Assembly (NCBI GenBank): GCA_001897535.1
Contig: MKTC01000013.1
Span: forward strand, 90,519 to 154,518
DNA: 64,000 bases
Source of the DNA: Bacteroidetes bacterium 37-13
GTDB taxonomy: Bacteria; Bacteroidota; Bacteroidia; Chitinophagales; LD1
Reading direction: 5' to 3'
The notes below the pieces were generated by a model, which saw only the letters and a list, made by a program, of their open reading frames with translations, was not told the origin of the DNA and searched no databases. Below are positions 19,948 to 29,709 of the stretch, piece after piece. The position numbers and the translations under genes are program-made. Position 1 is the first letter of the stretch. Every line of letters begins with the position of its first letter.

Positions 19948-20238
19948 TTAAAACGGCATATTCGGGAACATCCCTTTTGTTACCGAAGCAAATTCAGTTT
20001 GCAGTAAAGTTTCGGCTTTATCCAATGCTTCGTTGGTTGCCGCTTGAATTTTCCCTTCTAACACAACCGTGTCATCTGCTTTTAAAATCGAAATGTTTTT
20101 TATTCTGCGATTGCCGTTTACGGTAACTTTCACCCAATCATTTTCGGCATTTATTTCTAATACATCTAATTTCTTTTTCACCTCGTCCATCTTCTGTTTC
20201 ATATCGGTGAGTTGCTTCATTTGGTCGAAAAATCCCAT
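19948..20238 (-). CDS. ybaB: YbaB/EbfC-family nucleoid-associated protein
   Basis: 96 aa. MGFFDQMKQLTDMKQKMDEVKKKLDVLEI...VKVTVNGNRRIKNISI is the typical family pattern. Confidence 0.88.
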   Translation of the reverse strand: MGFFDQMKQLTDMKQKMDEVKKKLDVLEINAENDWVKVTVNGNRRIKNISILKADDTVVLEGKIQAATNEALDKAETLLQTEFASVTKGMFPNMPF

Positions 20239-20332
20239 ACTACTTATTTTGAAAGCGAAATTAGTTTTTTACAAATCAGTTTAGATTTTCTTTTTCTTAT
20301 CAAAATTCTTTCTCACATTTCGGGCTCGAAAT

Positions 20333-22213
20333 ATGTGTGGAATAGCAGGATATGTTTTAAAGCAGGGCGCAGAAAATTATTCAACTGAACTTGAAAAGGC
20401 GCTTTTGCAATTAGCCAAAAGAGGACCGGATGCGCAAAATACTTTCTATTCCGGCACAGTTGGTTTGGGACACGTGAGGCTTTCTATTATTGATACTTCG
20501 CAGGCTGCCAACCAGCCAATGAGTGATAAATCGGGCAGATATACCATAATTTTTAATGGCGAAATTTTCAATTTTAAAGAATTGAAACAGCAATATTTAT
20601 CGCACATACAATTTGCTACAACCAGCGATACCGAAGTGCTTCTATATCTTTTTATTGAAAAAGGAAAAGATTGCCTTCCACTCTTAAATGGTTTTTTTGC
20701 TTTTGCGGTTTACGATAATTTATTGCAAGTAACTTTTATTGCCCGCGACCGTTTTGGCATAAAACCATTAGTGATTTTTGAAGATGATAAACGTTTCTTG
20801 TTTGCTTCTGAAATGAAAGCGCTGCTTGCCTTTCCAATTAAAAAAGAAATTGATTTTTCTGTTCTTCACTATTATTTGCAGTTGAACTACGTTCCTTTAG
20901 AAACTTCAATGCTTAAAGGCTTTCGAAAATTAAAACCGGGAACATTTTTGGTTTTGAAAAAAGACGGCACAAAGCAAGAAGGTGTATTTTATAAAGTTCA
21001 AAAAAAATGGCAAGCAAAGCAATATCCAACTTATGAGAAAGCACAAGCTGAGCTTCGCGAAATTGTGGAAGCGGCAGTGCAGCGAAGATTGGTTAGCGAT
21101 GTGCCTTTGGGTGCTTTTTTAAGCGGAGGAATAGATTCTTCAATCGTGGTAAGTTGTGCCGCAAAACACACCAAACACTTAAATACTTTTAGCATTGGAT
21201 TTAAAGATGAACCATATTTTGATGAAACTTATTATGCCAATTTAGTTGCCAAGCAATACCAAACTAATCATACGGTTTTTAAAATTTCAACCGATGAAAT
21301 GCTGGGTAGTATAGATGATTTACTCAATTATATTGATGAACCATTTGCAGATTCTTCGGCTATTGCAGTAAATATTTTGTGCAAGTACACGCGCCAAAAA
21401 GCAACAGTTGCTTTAAGTGGCGATGGTGGCGATGAGCTTTTTGCAGGCTACAATAAACATGCGGCAGCTTGGCAGGCATCACAAAAAAATACAGTGAATT
21501 TTATTCTAAAAAATGCTCTGCCTATTTTATCAATGTTGCCAGCTTCAAGGCATGGAAAAGTTACAAATTTATTTCGTCAGCTTCAGCGGTATTCCATTGG
21601 ATTGAACTTGCCTGATGGAGAACGTTATTGGCGCTGGTGCGCATATTCTGATGCCGCAGATGTGAATGAATTATTGCTAAACCCTGTTCAAAATAATAAT
21701 GCAGTAATAAGCGAATTGGCAAGCATAATTTCTGCCGAAAGCGACATGAATAATATGCTATTGGCAGATGTGCGCATGGTGCTTGCAAATGATATGTTGG
21801 TAAAAGTTGATTTAATGAGCATGGCAAATAGTTTAGAGGTACGAACACCTTTGCTTGATTACACGGTTGTGGATTACGCATTCTCCTTGCCGTTTGACTA
21901 TAAATTACGCAATAAAACAGGTAAAAGTATTTTAAAAGATGCTTTTAGAAATCAGCTTCCAGCGGAGCTTTTCACACGCACTAAACGCGGTTTTGAAGTA
22001 CCATTGTTGAAATGGTTTAGAACTGCTTTACACGAAAAAATAGAGAATTATTATTTAAGCGATAACTTTGTGGAGGCACAAGGAATTTTTAATCCTAAAA
22101 AAGTGAAGGAACTAAAACGCCAATTATTTTCAGCAAATCCAGGTGATGTTCATGCAAAAATTTGGGCGTTAGTTGTTTTTCAGCATTGGTATAAAAAATA
22201 TTTTGAAGCATAG
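20333..22213 (+). CDS. asnB: asparagine synthase (glutamine-hydrolysing) family amidotransferase
   Basis: N-terminal nucleophile MCGIAGY and PP-loop SGGIDSS. 626 aa. It heads a polysaccharide gene cluster, so it may be a sugar amidotransferase rather than a biosynthetic AsnB. Confidence 0.88.
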   Translation: MCGIAGYVLKQGAENYSTELEKALLQLAKRGPDAQNTFYSGTVGLGHVRLSIIDTSQAANQPMSDKSGRYTIIFNGEIFNFKELKQQYLSHIQFATTSDTEVLLYLFIEKGKDCLPLLNGFFAFAVYDNLLQVTFIARDRFGIKPLVIFEDDKRFLFASEMKALLAFPIKKEIDFSVLHYYLQLNYVPLETSMLKGFRKLKPGTFLVLKKDGTKQEGVFYKVQKKWQAKQYPTYEKAQAELREIVEAAVQRRLVSDVPLGAFLSGGIDSSIVVSCAAKHTKHLNTFSIGFKDEPYFDETYYANLVAKQYQTNHTVFKISTDEMLGSIDDLLNYIDEPFADSSAIAVNILCKYTRQKATVALSGDGGDELFAGYNKHAAAWQASQKNTVNFILKNALPILSMLPASRHGKVTNLFRQLQRYSIGLNLPDGERYWRWCAYSDAADVNELLLNPVQNNNAVISELASIISAESDMNNMLLADVRMVLANDMLVKVDLMSMANSLEVRTPLLDYTVVDYAFSLPFDYKLRNKTGKSILKDAFRNQLPAELFTRTKRGFEVPLLKWFRTALHEKIENYYLSDNFVEAQGIFNPKKVKELKRQLFSANPGDVHAKIWALVVFQHWYKKYFEA

Positions 22214-22216
22214 ATT

Positions 22217-23416
22217 ATGAGTAGAAAGCCGAGAGTACTTCGGATAATAAATAGATTAAATTTAGGAGGGCCAACATACAATGTTGCATATCTTACAAAA
22301 TATATGCGCGACTTCGATACGCTTTTGGTTTCGGGCATGAAAGATGAAACGGAAGAAAGTTCGGAGTTTATAGTAAAAGACCTAGGTTTAGAGCCAAAAT
22401 ATATTCCTGAAATGCAGCGTGAGCTAAACCCTTTCCGCGACTATAAATCATATTTTAAACTAAGAAAAATAATAAGTGAATTCAAGCCCGATATTGTACA
22501 TACACATGCTGCAAAAGCAGGAGCAGTAGGCAGGTTGGCAGCCATTCACGAAAATGTGCCGGTAGTTGTGCATACTTTCCACGGCCATGTTTTTCACTCC
22601 TATTTTAATAGTGCAAAAACTCAAGTTTTTTTAAATATTGAAAGATATTTAGCCAAACGAACTTCAAAAATTGTAACGCTCAGTCCTAAGCAATTAGATG
22701 AACTTACAGTTGAATTCAAAATTGCACCAAAGGACAAGTTTCAGATAGTAAATTTAGGTTTCGACTTATCTCGTTTCACCCAAAACCAAGCCGAAAAGCG
22801 CGCAGATTTTAGAAGCAAATTTCAAGTAGAAGATGATGAAATTGGGATTGGAATTGTGGGGCGTTTGGTTCCTATAAAAAACCATTCCCTATTTTTACAA
22901 GCATTAAAAATTGTTTCGCAAAAAAGCAGCAAGAAAATTAGAGCGTTTATTATTGGCGATGGCGAATTGCGCAGCCAAGTTGAAGCAGAAGCAACAGCTT
23001 TGGAAATTCCCTTTTCTTCAATCGAAGATCATAAAAAGACTTTACTCACTTTCACTTCGTGGATAAAAGATGTAAGTTGGTGCAATGCCGGTTTAGATAT
23101 TATTGCACTAACATCGAACAACGAAGGCACTCCGGTGAGTTTAATAGAAGCACAAGCAGCGGGAAAATTTATTGTTTCAACCAAAGTTGGCGGCATTAAA
23201 GACATAGTGGAAGTAAATAAAAATGCCTTTTTAGTTGAAAAAGAAAATGTGAATATTTTTGCCGAAGCATTGCTAAAAGCAGTTGAAGATGATATTTTAC
23301 GCAACAATGTTTTACAGCAAGGTAGCAAAGAAACATTAAACCGTTTTGGCTACGAAAGATTGTGCGCAGATATGTCAAAATTATACACTCAATTATTGAA
23401 CGTTAAAAATCAGTAG
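22217..23416 (+). CDS. glycosyltransferase, GT4 (GT-B fold) family
   Basis: 399 aa. C-terminal EGTPVSLIEAQAAGKFIVSTKVGGIKDIV (E-x7-E type motif). Starts 4 nt after asnB. Confidence 0.85.
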   Translation: MSRKPRVLRIINRLNLGGPTYNVAYLTKYMRDFDTLLVSGMKDETEESSEFIVKDLGLEPKYIPEMQRELNPFRDYKSYFKLRKIISEFKPDIVHTHAAKAGAVGRLAAIHENVPVVVHTFHGHVFHSYFNSAKTQVFLNIERYLAKRTSKIVTLSPKQLDELTVEFKIAPKDKFQIVNLGFDLSRFTQNQAEKRADFRSKFQVEDDEIGIGIVGRLVPIKNHSLFLQALKIVSQKSSKKIRAFIIGDGELRSQVEAEATALEIPFSSIEDHKKTLLTFTSWIKDVSWCNAGLDIIALTSNNEGTPVSLIEAQAAGKFIVSTKVGGIKDIVEVNKNAFLVEKENVNIFAEALLKAVEDDILRNNVLQQGSKETLNRFGYERLCADMSKLYTQLLNVKNQ

Positions 23417-23449
23417 TTACTTCACAGAAATTCAAGTACGTTTGCAACA

Positions 23450-24265
23450 ATGAGAATTACGCTAAGCGGCATTTTAAAGGTTTTTGTTTTTCTATTTGGA
23501 TTTTCGCTATTGCTGCCTTCCTGCAAGTTGGTTTATCCGGAGTTTATGTTTAAACAAAAGGATTATCAAACTTTTGAATTTAAGGAACAGCTTGTTACGC
23601 AATATATCATTAAGCCATTTGATCAATTTACATTAAATGTATATGCTAGAGATGGTTTTAGATTGGTGGATATTGGAGGAGGCGTAATATCGGCCAACAG
23701 TAACAGTGCAAATATGAATCAAAATATGCAAAACGGAAGCGGTACTGGCAGAGGTATATTCTACATTGTTGATCACGATGGCTTTGTGCGCTTACCGGTA
23801 ATTGGAGAATTAAATGTAGCCGGCTATACCGAAACAGAATTAGAACGTTTAATTGCAGAAAAGGTTTCTGCATATATTGTAGATCCTTATGTAGAAGTGA
23901 GAGTGCAAAATAGAAGGTGTTTCTTGTTTAAAGGCTCAAGCGGCTCGGTGGTTACGCTAAACCAATCTCCAACCACACTTTTAGAAGTAATTGCAAAATC
24001 CGGAGGAATAACAACCGGTTTAAAAGCCTACAAAATTAAGCTCATAAGAGGAAATTTAAAGAATCCACAAATAACAATAATTGATTTATCTACCATTGAA
24101 GGCATGCAGAAATCGAACTTGATTGTGCAAACAAATGATATTATTTATATTGAACCAAGAAGACGCTATATCAGAGATTTACTAAGAGAAACAACTATTA
24201 TTTTCTCGGTAGTTTCAACCGTAACAAGTTTATATTTATTAGGCAAAAGCATAGGTGGAAAATAA
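23450..24265 (+). CDS. wza: polysaccharide export outer-membrane lipoprotein (Wza-like)
   Basis: Lipobox LLLPSC. Poly_export-like core (VDHDGFVRLPVIGELNVAGYTETELE) and an SLBB-like region. Immediately precedes the Wzc-like gene. Confidence 0.82.
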   Translation: MRITLSGILKVFVFLFGFSLLLPSCKLVYPEFMFKQKDYQTFEFKEQLVTQYIIKPFDQFTLNVYARDGFRLVDIGGGVISANSNSANMNQNMQNGSGTGRGIFYIVDHDGFVRLPVIGELNVAGYTETELERLIAEKVSAYIVDPYVEVRVQNRRCFLFKGSSGSVVTLNQSPTTLLEVIAKSGGITTGLKAYKIKLIRGNLKNPQITIIDLSTIEGMQKSNLIVQTNDIIYIEPRRRYIRDLLRETTIIFSVVSTVTSLYLLGKSIGGK

Positions 24266-26741
24266 ATTAGATCTTACGGGAAGTGGAGGTTCAGCCCCAA
24301 AAGGACAGCAAACAAATTTTGCTGAAGGCTTTAATTTAGGCTTACTCATCTATATACTTAATAAAAGTATTCTTTGGATAATTCTCATAGTGGCCATTAC
24401 CGTTTTTGCTTCATTTATATATTTGAGATACACTCCACGCATTTATGAAGCAACTACAAAAATGATTCTTCAATTAGAAAAATCAACTCAAATTCTAGGA
24501 ATTGACAATTTGGTTTTTGAGAAAGACCCTACGGAGATAAATAGAGAAATGCAGGTATTGAAATCAACTATGCTGCTCGGAAAAATAGCCGATAAATTAC
24601 CCTTAGATATAAGCTACTTAAAAGAAGGGAAATCAAAATTTATTACAGAAGATTTATATCAAAGCGCCCCTTTTGAAATTCTACCAGAACAAATTGCACC
24701 TGAGTTTTATGGCAATCCTGTTTATATAAGATTAGTAAACAAAAATAGCATGGTTGTTTCTTATTCGTTTAATGGAGACGAATTTGAAAAAGAAATTAAG
24801 CCCGAGCAAAAACTAAAAACACCCTATTTTCAAGCAACCATAAGTTTAAAACCTGATAAACTTTCTGACGGGAGTTTTAATTCTTTATATTTTGTAAAGT
24901 TTAATGATAAACAAACGATTATTAATGATATAAACAGCAAAATAACAATTGAACCAATTGAGGCCGGCAATAATACACTTGCAATTACTTATGCTGATCA
25001 AAACCCTGAAAAAGCTAAAGATATTGCCAATGCACTTGCAACTGAATTTATTGATTACGACCTGAATAAGAAGCGAGAAGGAATGGGAAATATTCTAAGA
25101 TTTATTGATGGCCAAATTGACTCCTTTAGCCGTGAACAACAAGCAATACAAGATTCTGTAGCCCAATTTAAAATCAATAATGAAATATTTTCAGATGACA
25201 ACTCTTCACAAGGTATATTGACAAGTGCAAATGCACTACAACAGGCGCTAATAGCTAGTGAAAATCAATTGTATCTTCTCCAAAATTTTAAGATGCTACT
25301 CCAAAAAACTAAAGACTATTCTACCCTACCTATTTTGCAGTTTAAGGAAGAAGAAATGTCTATTGCCGGAGAGATTGAAAATATTAACCAGCTCCAAAGA
25401 AGTAGAGAAATAAAACTTTTAGAAAGAACAGAAGACCATCCCGAAGTAAGACTTTTAGACAAACAAATATTTTCTTCAAAAAACCAACTGCTAAAAAGAA
25501 CAGAATATGTAATAGACAATGCAGAATTAGAATTAGGAAAACAGCGCGAAAGATATCAAAAACTGATGTCTAAAATTTATAGTTTACCCGAGTTACAAGA
25601 AAACTTAAAACGCTTAAATCGTATTGCTGATGCAAAAAACAAATTCTTCTATAATCTATTCGACCAACGCTCTAATTATTCAATTGCCTATGCAGGAATT
25701 GTACCTGATTACTCTGTTTTAGCAGTAGCACAATTGCCCAAAACCCCTGTATCTCCAAAAGAAACACAAGTGAAAATTGGCGGTTTTGTTTTAGGACTTC
25801 TTTTAGGAATATTGTTAGTGGCAATCCGCTATATGCTTCACCAAAGTATCATTTCAACTCAAGAGGTTGAAGCAAAAAGCAAAGTGCCATTATTGGGAAT
25901 AATACCGAGTTATTACACACCGATGGATCGCTCGCAAATAGTAGTTACTAAGAACCCAAAATCAACTATAACAGAAGCTTACCGCGCAATTCGTTCAAAT
26001 TTACAGTTCTTAAACAGCTCTGAAGGAACAAAAATTATTACAACCACATCAACTATTCCGGGCGAAGGGAAAACATTTACAGCACTTAATATGGCTGCAA
26101 TTTTTAGCATGTTGAACAAGAAAGTAATAATTCTTGACTTAGATATGCGTAAACCGCGCTTGGGTAAAATATTTGGCGTAGAGCAACTAAAAGGAATGAG
26201 TACAATTCTCAGCAGTCAATCTACTTATGAAGAAAGTATTGTTGCTACTGAGATTAAAAATATTGACTTGGTTACTTCGGGCCCAGTTCCGCCTAATCCT
26301 TCTGAGTTAATTTTAACCGACAAACTCGATAAATTTATTGAATACTTAAAAGGAAAGTACGACATCATTGTAATGGACACTCCTCCAATTGGTTTGGTTA
26401 CAGATGCTATTACCTTATTGCAAAAAGCTGATTATCCAATTTATGTTCTTCGCGCTTCGTATTCAAACAAAGCATTTATAGACAGCATAAATAAACTATA
26501 CGAAGAAAGCGAGATACATAATTTGGGGCTTGTGCTAAACGATTATGGCCGAGGACCTTCTGGCTACAGTAGCAATTACGGTTACGGTTACGGTTATGGT
26601 TATGGTTACGGTTATGGCTACGGTTATGGCATGTATGGCTCTTCCTATGGTTTTAAAACTGGATATTATACTGATGACCCTGGTGCTAAGCCGAAAAAGA
26701 AAAGTTTATTCCAAAGAATTTGGAACACATTAAAACCCTAG
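24255..26741 (+). CDS. wzc: polysaccharide co-polymerase / BY-type tyrosine autokinase (Wzc-like)
   Basis: GTG start overlapping wza by 11 nt. Two TM helices flank a long coiled-coil periplasmic domain. Walker A STIPGEGKTFTALN and Walker B IIVMDTPP are present. The tail is Tyr-rich with a (YG)9 run. Confidence 0.88.
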   Translation: MENKLDLTGSGGSAPKGQQTNFAEGFNLGLLIYILNKSILWIILIVAITVFASFIYLRYTPRIYEATTKMILQLEKSTQILGIDNLVFEKDPTEINREMQVLKSTMLLGKIADKLPLDISYLKEGKSKFITEDLYQSAPFEILPEQIAPEFYGNPVYIRLVNKNSMVVSYSFNGDEFEKEIKPEQKLKTPYFQATISLKPDKLSDGSFNSLYFVKFNDKQTIINDINSKITIEPIEAGNNTLAITYADQNPEKAKDIANALATEFIDYDLNKKREGMGNILRFIDGQIDSFSREQQAIQDSVAQFKINNEIFSDDNSSQGILTSANALQQALIASENQLYLLQNFKMLLQKTKDYSTLPILQFKEEEMSIAGEIENINQLQRSREIKLLERTEDHPEVRLLDKQIFSSKNQLLKRTEYVIDNAELELGKQRERYQKLMSKIYSLPELQENLKRLNRIADAKNKFFYNLFDQRSNYSIAYAGIVPDYSVLAVAQLPKTPVSPKETQVKIGGFVLGLLLGILLVAIRYMLHQSIISTQEVEAKSKVPLLGIIPSYYTPMDRSQIVVTKNPKSTITEAYRAIRSNLQFLNSSEGTKIITTTSTIPGEGKTFTALNMAAIFSMLNKKVIILDLDMRKPRLGKIFGVEQLKGMSTILSSQSTYEESIVATEIKNIDLVTSGPVPPNPSELILTDKLDKFIEYLKGKYDIIVMDTPPIGLVTDAITLLQKADYPIYVLRASYSNKAFIDSINKLYEESEIHNLGLVLNDYGRGPSGYSSNYGYGYGYGYGYGYGYGYGMYGSSYGFKTGYYTDDPGAKPKKKSLFQRIWNTLKP
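26577..26639 (+). repeat. degenerate hexanucleotide (TAY GGY) repeat encoding (YG)9-M-YG
   Basis: tac ggt tac ggt tac ggt tat ggt tat ggt tac ggt tat ggc tac ggt tat ggc atg tat ggc, inside the wzc 3' end. Confidence 0.95.
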
Positions 26742-26747
26742 TGATAT

Positions 26748-27842
26748 ATGGATGAAGAATTACACATGATTATCCTTTTGAGTTTGTTTTTTGCAATTTC
26801 TGTTTTCTTTTCATTTCTAATCAATTGGCTTTTTCTAAAATTTTCTTTCAACTTAGGTTCTCGAGGTAGAGAAGAAGGACAAGTGCGCTGGAGCAGTAAT
26901 GTGAAACCGGCAATAGGTGGAATTTCATTCTTTATTGTTTTTTTAATTTCAATATCTGTAATTGGCACCATACCACGCGAAACTGAAACTTTTCTCGATA
27001 AAAAACTTATTGGTTTAATGGCAGCCTCAAGCCTTGGGTTTTTAATTGGGCTTGCTGATGATGCTTACAATACAAATCCTTTAGTGAAATTTATCGGGCA
27101 ATTAAGCTGTGCTTTTATTCTAATTGTATCTGATGTTTATATCAAGGTATTTGGTGTGGATTCTTTAGACTTTTTAATTACCGTGATTTGGGTTGTCGGG
27201 CTAATGAATTCAATCAATATGCTAGATAATATGGATGGAATAACCACTACAACTTCAGCAAGTATTATCTTAGGAATGTTGTTGGTTATTTTTACTGTCG
27301 ATAGCATTTCGACAAATGTTTATCAGATTATGCTTGTTGGCGTTTTAGGCTCACTCATCGGTTTTCTTTACTTTAATTGGAATCCTTCAAAAATATATAT
27401 GGGCGACACCGGCAGCCAGTTTTTAGGTGTGTTCTTAGCTGGCTCAAGCATTCTCTTTATATGGAACTTTCGCGATTTTCCTAACTCAATTTTTGAGTTG
27501 AAGCAATTTGTAATTCCCATGCTGTTTTTTATTGTCCCGCTTATTGACACTTTAACCGTAACCATAAGAAGATTGATGCGCAAACAATCTCCATTTGTTG
27601 GTGGAAAAGATCATACCACACACCATTTGGCTTATTTGGGACTTACGGATAAACAAGTTGCCATTACACTTATGAGCATTTCTTTACTTTCAATTCCACT
27701 TGGTTTGCTTATTGTGAGTGGCTGGATTAAATGGACACTCTCGATAACAATCTCCGCTTTTGTTTACTTTTTTGTTGTCTTCACTATTATGCAGCTCTTG
27801 TATAACAAAGGCAAGAAAATAAAGGAATCAAAGATTGCTTAG
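26748..27842 (+). CDS. polyprenyl-phosphate N-acetylhexosamine-1-phosphate transferase (WecA/MraY family)
   Basis: 364 aa, polytopic membrane protein. Contains the GLADD, NMLDNMDG and MGDTGSQFLG motifs. Confidence 0.85.
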   Translation: MDEELHMIILLSLFFAISVFFSFLINWLFLKFSFNLGSRGREEGQVRWSSNVKPAIGGISFFIVFLISISVIGTIPRETETFLDKKLIGLMAASSLGFLIGLADDAYNTNPLVKFIGQLSCAFILIVSDVYIKVFGVDSLDFLITVIWVVGLMNSINMLDNMDGITTTTSASIILGMLLVIFTVDSISTNVYQIMLVGVLGSLIGFLYFNWNPSKIYMGDTGSQFLGVFLAGSSILFIWNFRDFPNSIFELKQFVIPMLFFIVPLIDTLTVTIRRLMRKQSPFVGGKDHTTHHLAYLGLTDKQVAITLMSISLLSIPLGLLIVSGWIKWTLSITISAFVYFFVVFTIMQLLYNKGKKIKESKIA

Positions 27843-27857
27843 CTTTGCTTTGGCGTG

Positions 27858-27959
27858 CTATTTCTGTTTTGAGGTAAATACTTTATAGAAAAAATATATC
27901 GTAAAAAAAGCAACCACTCCTTCGGCTAAAAGCATGGTAATCATTGCATCAGTGTTCAT
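27858..27959 (-). CDS. possible 33-aa single-helix membrane peptide
   Basis: MNTDAMITMLLAEGVVAFFTIYFFYKVFTSKQK* lies in an otherwise empty 240-bp gap. Found by eye only; no homology claim is made. Confidence 0.2.
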   Translation of the reverse strand: MNTDAMITMLLAEGVVAFFTIYFFYKVFTSKQK

Positions 27960-28084
27960 TCTCACGAAAATAATACAGAATTTTAGCTATGCAATTTTTG
28001 TCATCATAATAGTTCAATTAGAAACATTTATCGGCACTTTAAAAAGAAAAGACTAAATTCGCGCTCCCATAAAAGCAAAGCAAC

Positions 28085-29029
28085 ATGTTTGTTACAGATG
28101 TAAAGCTCTTTAGCGGCAGCCAATCTCGATATTTAGCAGATGAAATTGCTGATTTTTATGGTCAGCCATTGGGCAAAATGGACGTTCTTAAATTTAGTGA
28201 TGGCGAAATTCAGCCGGAAATAAAAGAGTCTGTTCGCGGTTCGTTTGTATTTATTATTCAAAACACAAATGCGCCTGGCGATAATCTCTTAGAACTTCTA
28301 ATGATGATTGATGCCGTAAAGCGCGCAAGTGCTGATTACATTGCCGTTGTGATTCCTTACTTTGGCTATGCAAGGCAAGATAGAAAAGACCGCCCGCGTG
28401 TAGGAATTGGTGCAAAATTAGTTGCTAATTTGCTACAAGCTGCTGGCGCAAACCGTGTAATGACAATGGATTTACACGCAGGGCAAATTCAAGGTTTTTT
28501 CGATATTCCGGTTGATCACTTAAACAGTTCAGCAGTATTTATTCCATATATTCAAAAGCACAAATGGAATAATTTATGCTTTGCTTCACCCGATGTTGGA
28601 AGCGTGAAACGCGCAAGAATTTATGCGCAGCACTTTAATGCCGACATGGTTATTTGTGACAAATACCGCAAAAAGGCAAATGAAATTGCTGAGATGACTT
28701 TGATTGGAAATGTAGAAGGAAAAGATGTAGTGCTGGTAGATGATATGATTGATACCGGAGGAACTTTATGCAACGCTGCTCAAATTATTATGAATAAAGG
28801 AGCGAAAAGTGTTCGGGCATTGTGTACGCACGCGGTGCTAAGCGGAAAAGCTTATGAAAACATCGAAAAAAGTATGCTAAGCGAACTTATTGTAACCAAT
28901 TCGCTACCGCTGAAACAAGAAAGTAAAAAAGTAAAATCGCTGAGTGTAGCTAAACTTTTTGCACAAGCAATTAGAAATGCACACGAACACAAGAGTATCA
29001 ACTCTTTATTCATCACACCAAGCGTTTAG
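28085..29029 (+). CDS. prs: ribose-phosphate pyrophosphokinase
   Basis: 314 aa. Contains YFGYARQDRK and the PRPP-binding loop VLVDDMIDTGGT. Confidence 0.95.
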   Translation: MFVTDVKLFSGSQSRYLADEIADFYGQPLGKMDVLKFSDGEIQPEIKESVRGSFVFIIQNTNAPGDNLLELLMMIDAVKRASADYIAVVIPYFGYARQDRKDRPRVGIGAKLVANLLQAAGANRVMTMDLHAGQIQGFFDIPVDHLNSSAVFIPYIQKHKWNNLCFASPDVGSVKRARIYAQHFNADMVICDKYRKKANEIAEMTLIGNVEGKDVVLVDDMIDTGGTLCNAAQIIMNKGAKSVRALCTHAVLSGKAYENIEKSMLSELIVTNSLPLKQESKKVKSLSVAKLFAQAIRNAHEHKSINSLFITPSV

Positions 29030-29059
29030 TAATAAGTTAAAAACAAATACCAAATAAAA

Positions 29060-29641
29060 ATGGAAACAGTTATCATTAACGGCACGGCAAGAACCGAATT
29101 AGGTAAAAAGGCTACCCGTGCGCTGCGTGAAGCAGGAAATGTGCCTTGTAATCTTTATGGTGGCGAAGGAAATGTAAATTTCTATGCACCGGCAACTGAG
29201 TTTAAAGCAATAGTTTACACCAGCGATTTTAAAACTGCTGAGGTAAACGTAGGAGGAAAATCTTACAAAGCGATTTTAAAAGAAATTCAGTTTGATGCAG
29301 TTACTGATGCAATCAAACACTTGGATTTTCAACAACTTGTTGATGGAAAAGCTGTAAAAGTTAGCTTGCCACTACACTTAAAAGGAACACCAAAAGGTGC
29401 TGCTACGGGTGGTAAATTAGAGCAAACAGTAAAACGTCTTAATGTATTCGCGGCTCCTGAGCATTTACGCGCAGCAATTGAGCTAAACGTAGAAGATATG
29501 GACATGGGCGGAATTAAGCGAGTTAAAGACATAGAAGTTGAAGGCTTAGAATTATTACACGCTCCTGCAATTCCGGTTGCCAGAGTGAGCGTACCTCGTG
29601 CGGCAAAAGAAGCAGCTGCAGCAGAGGCTAAAAAGAAATAG
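29060..29641 (+). CDS. rplY: 50S ribosomal protein L25 / general stress protein Ctc
   Basis: 193 aa. N-terminus RTELGKKATRALREAGNVPCNLYG, two-domain Ctc form, Ala/Lys-rich tail. Has the conserved prs-rplY adjacency. Confidence 0.92.
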   Translation: METVIINGTARTELGKKATRALREAGNVPCNLYGGEGNVNFYAPATEFKAIVYTSDFKTAEVNVGGKSYKAILKEIQFDAVTDAIKHLDFQQLVDGKAVKVSLPLHLKGTPKGAATGGKLEQTVKRLNVFAAPEHLRAAIELNVEDMDMGGIKRVKDIEVEGLELLHAPAIPVARVSVPRAAKEAAAAEAKKK

Positions 29642-29662
29642 TAATTACTTATTCTTAAACAG

Positions 29663-29698
29663 CAAAGGCGAGCTTAAAAACTCGCCTTTGCTGTTTTT
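29663..29698. terminator. rho-independent terminator between rplY and recQ
   Basis: 10-bp stem caaaggcgag / ctcgcctttg with an 8-nt loop, followed by ctgttttt. Lies between convergent genes. Confidence 0.7.
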
Positions 29699-29709
29699 AT
29701 AAACTTACA

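Noticed and set aside
26545-26733. 62-aa ORF with a VTVTVMVMVTVMATVM repeat.
   Set aside because: It is simply the +1 frame of the TAY-GGY repeat inside wzc, so it is not an independent gene.
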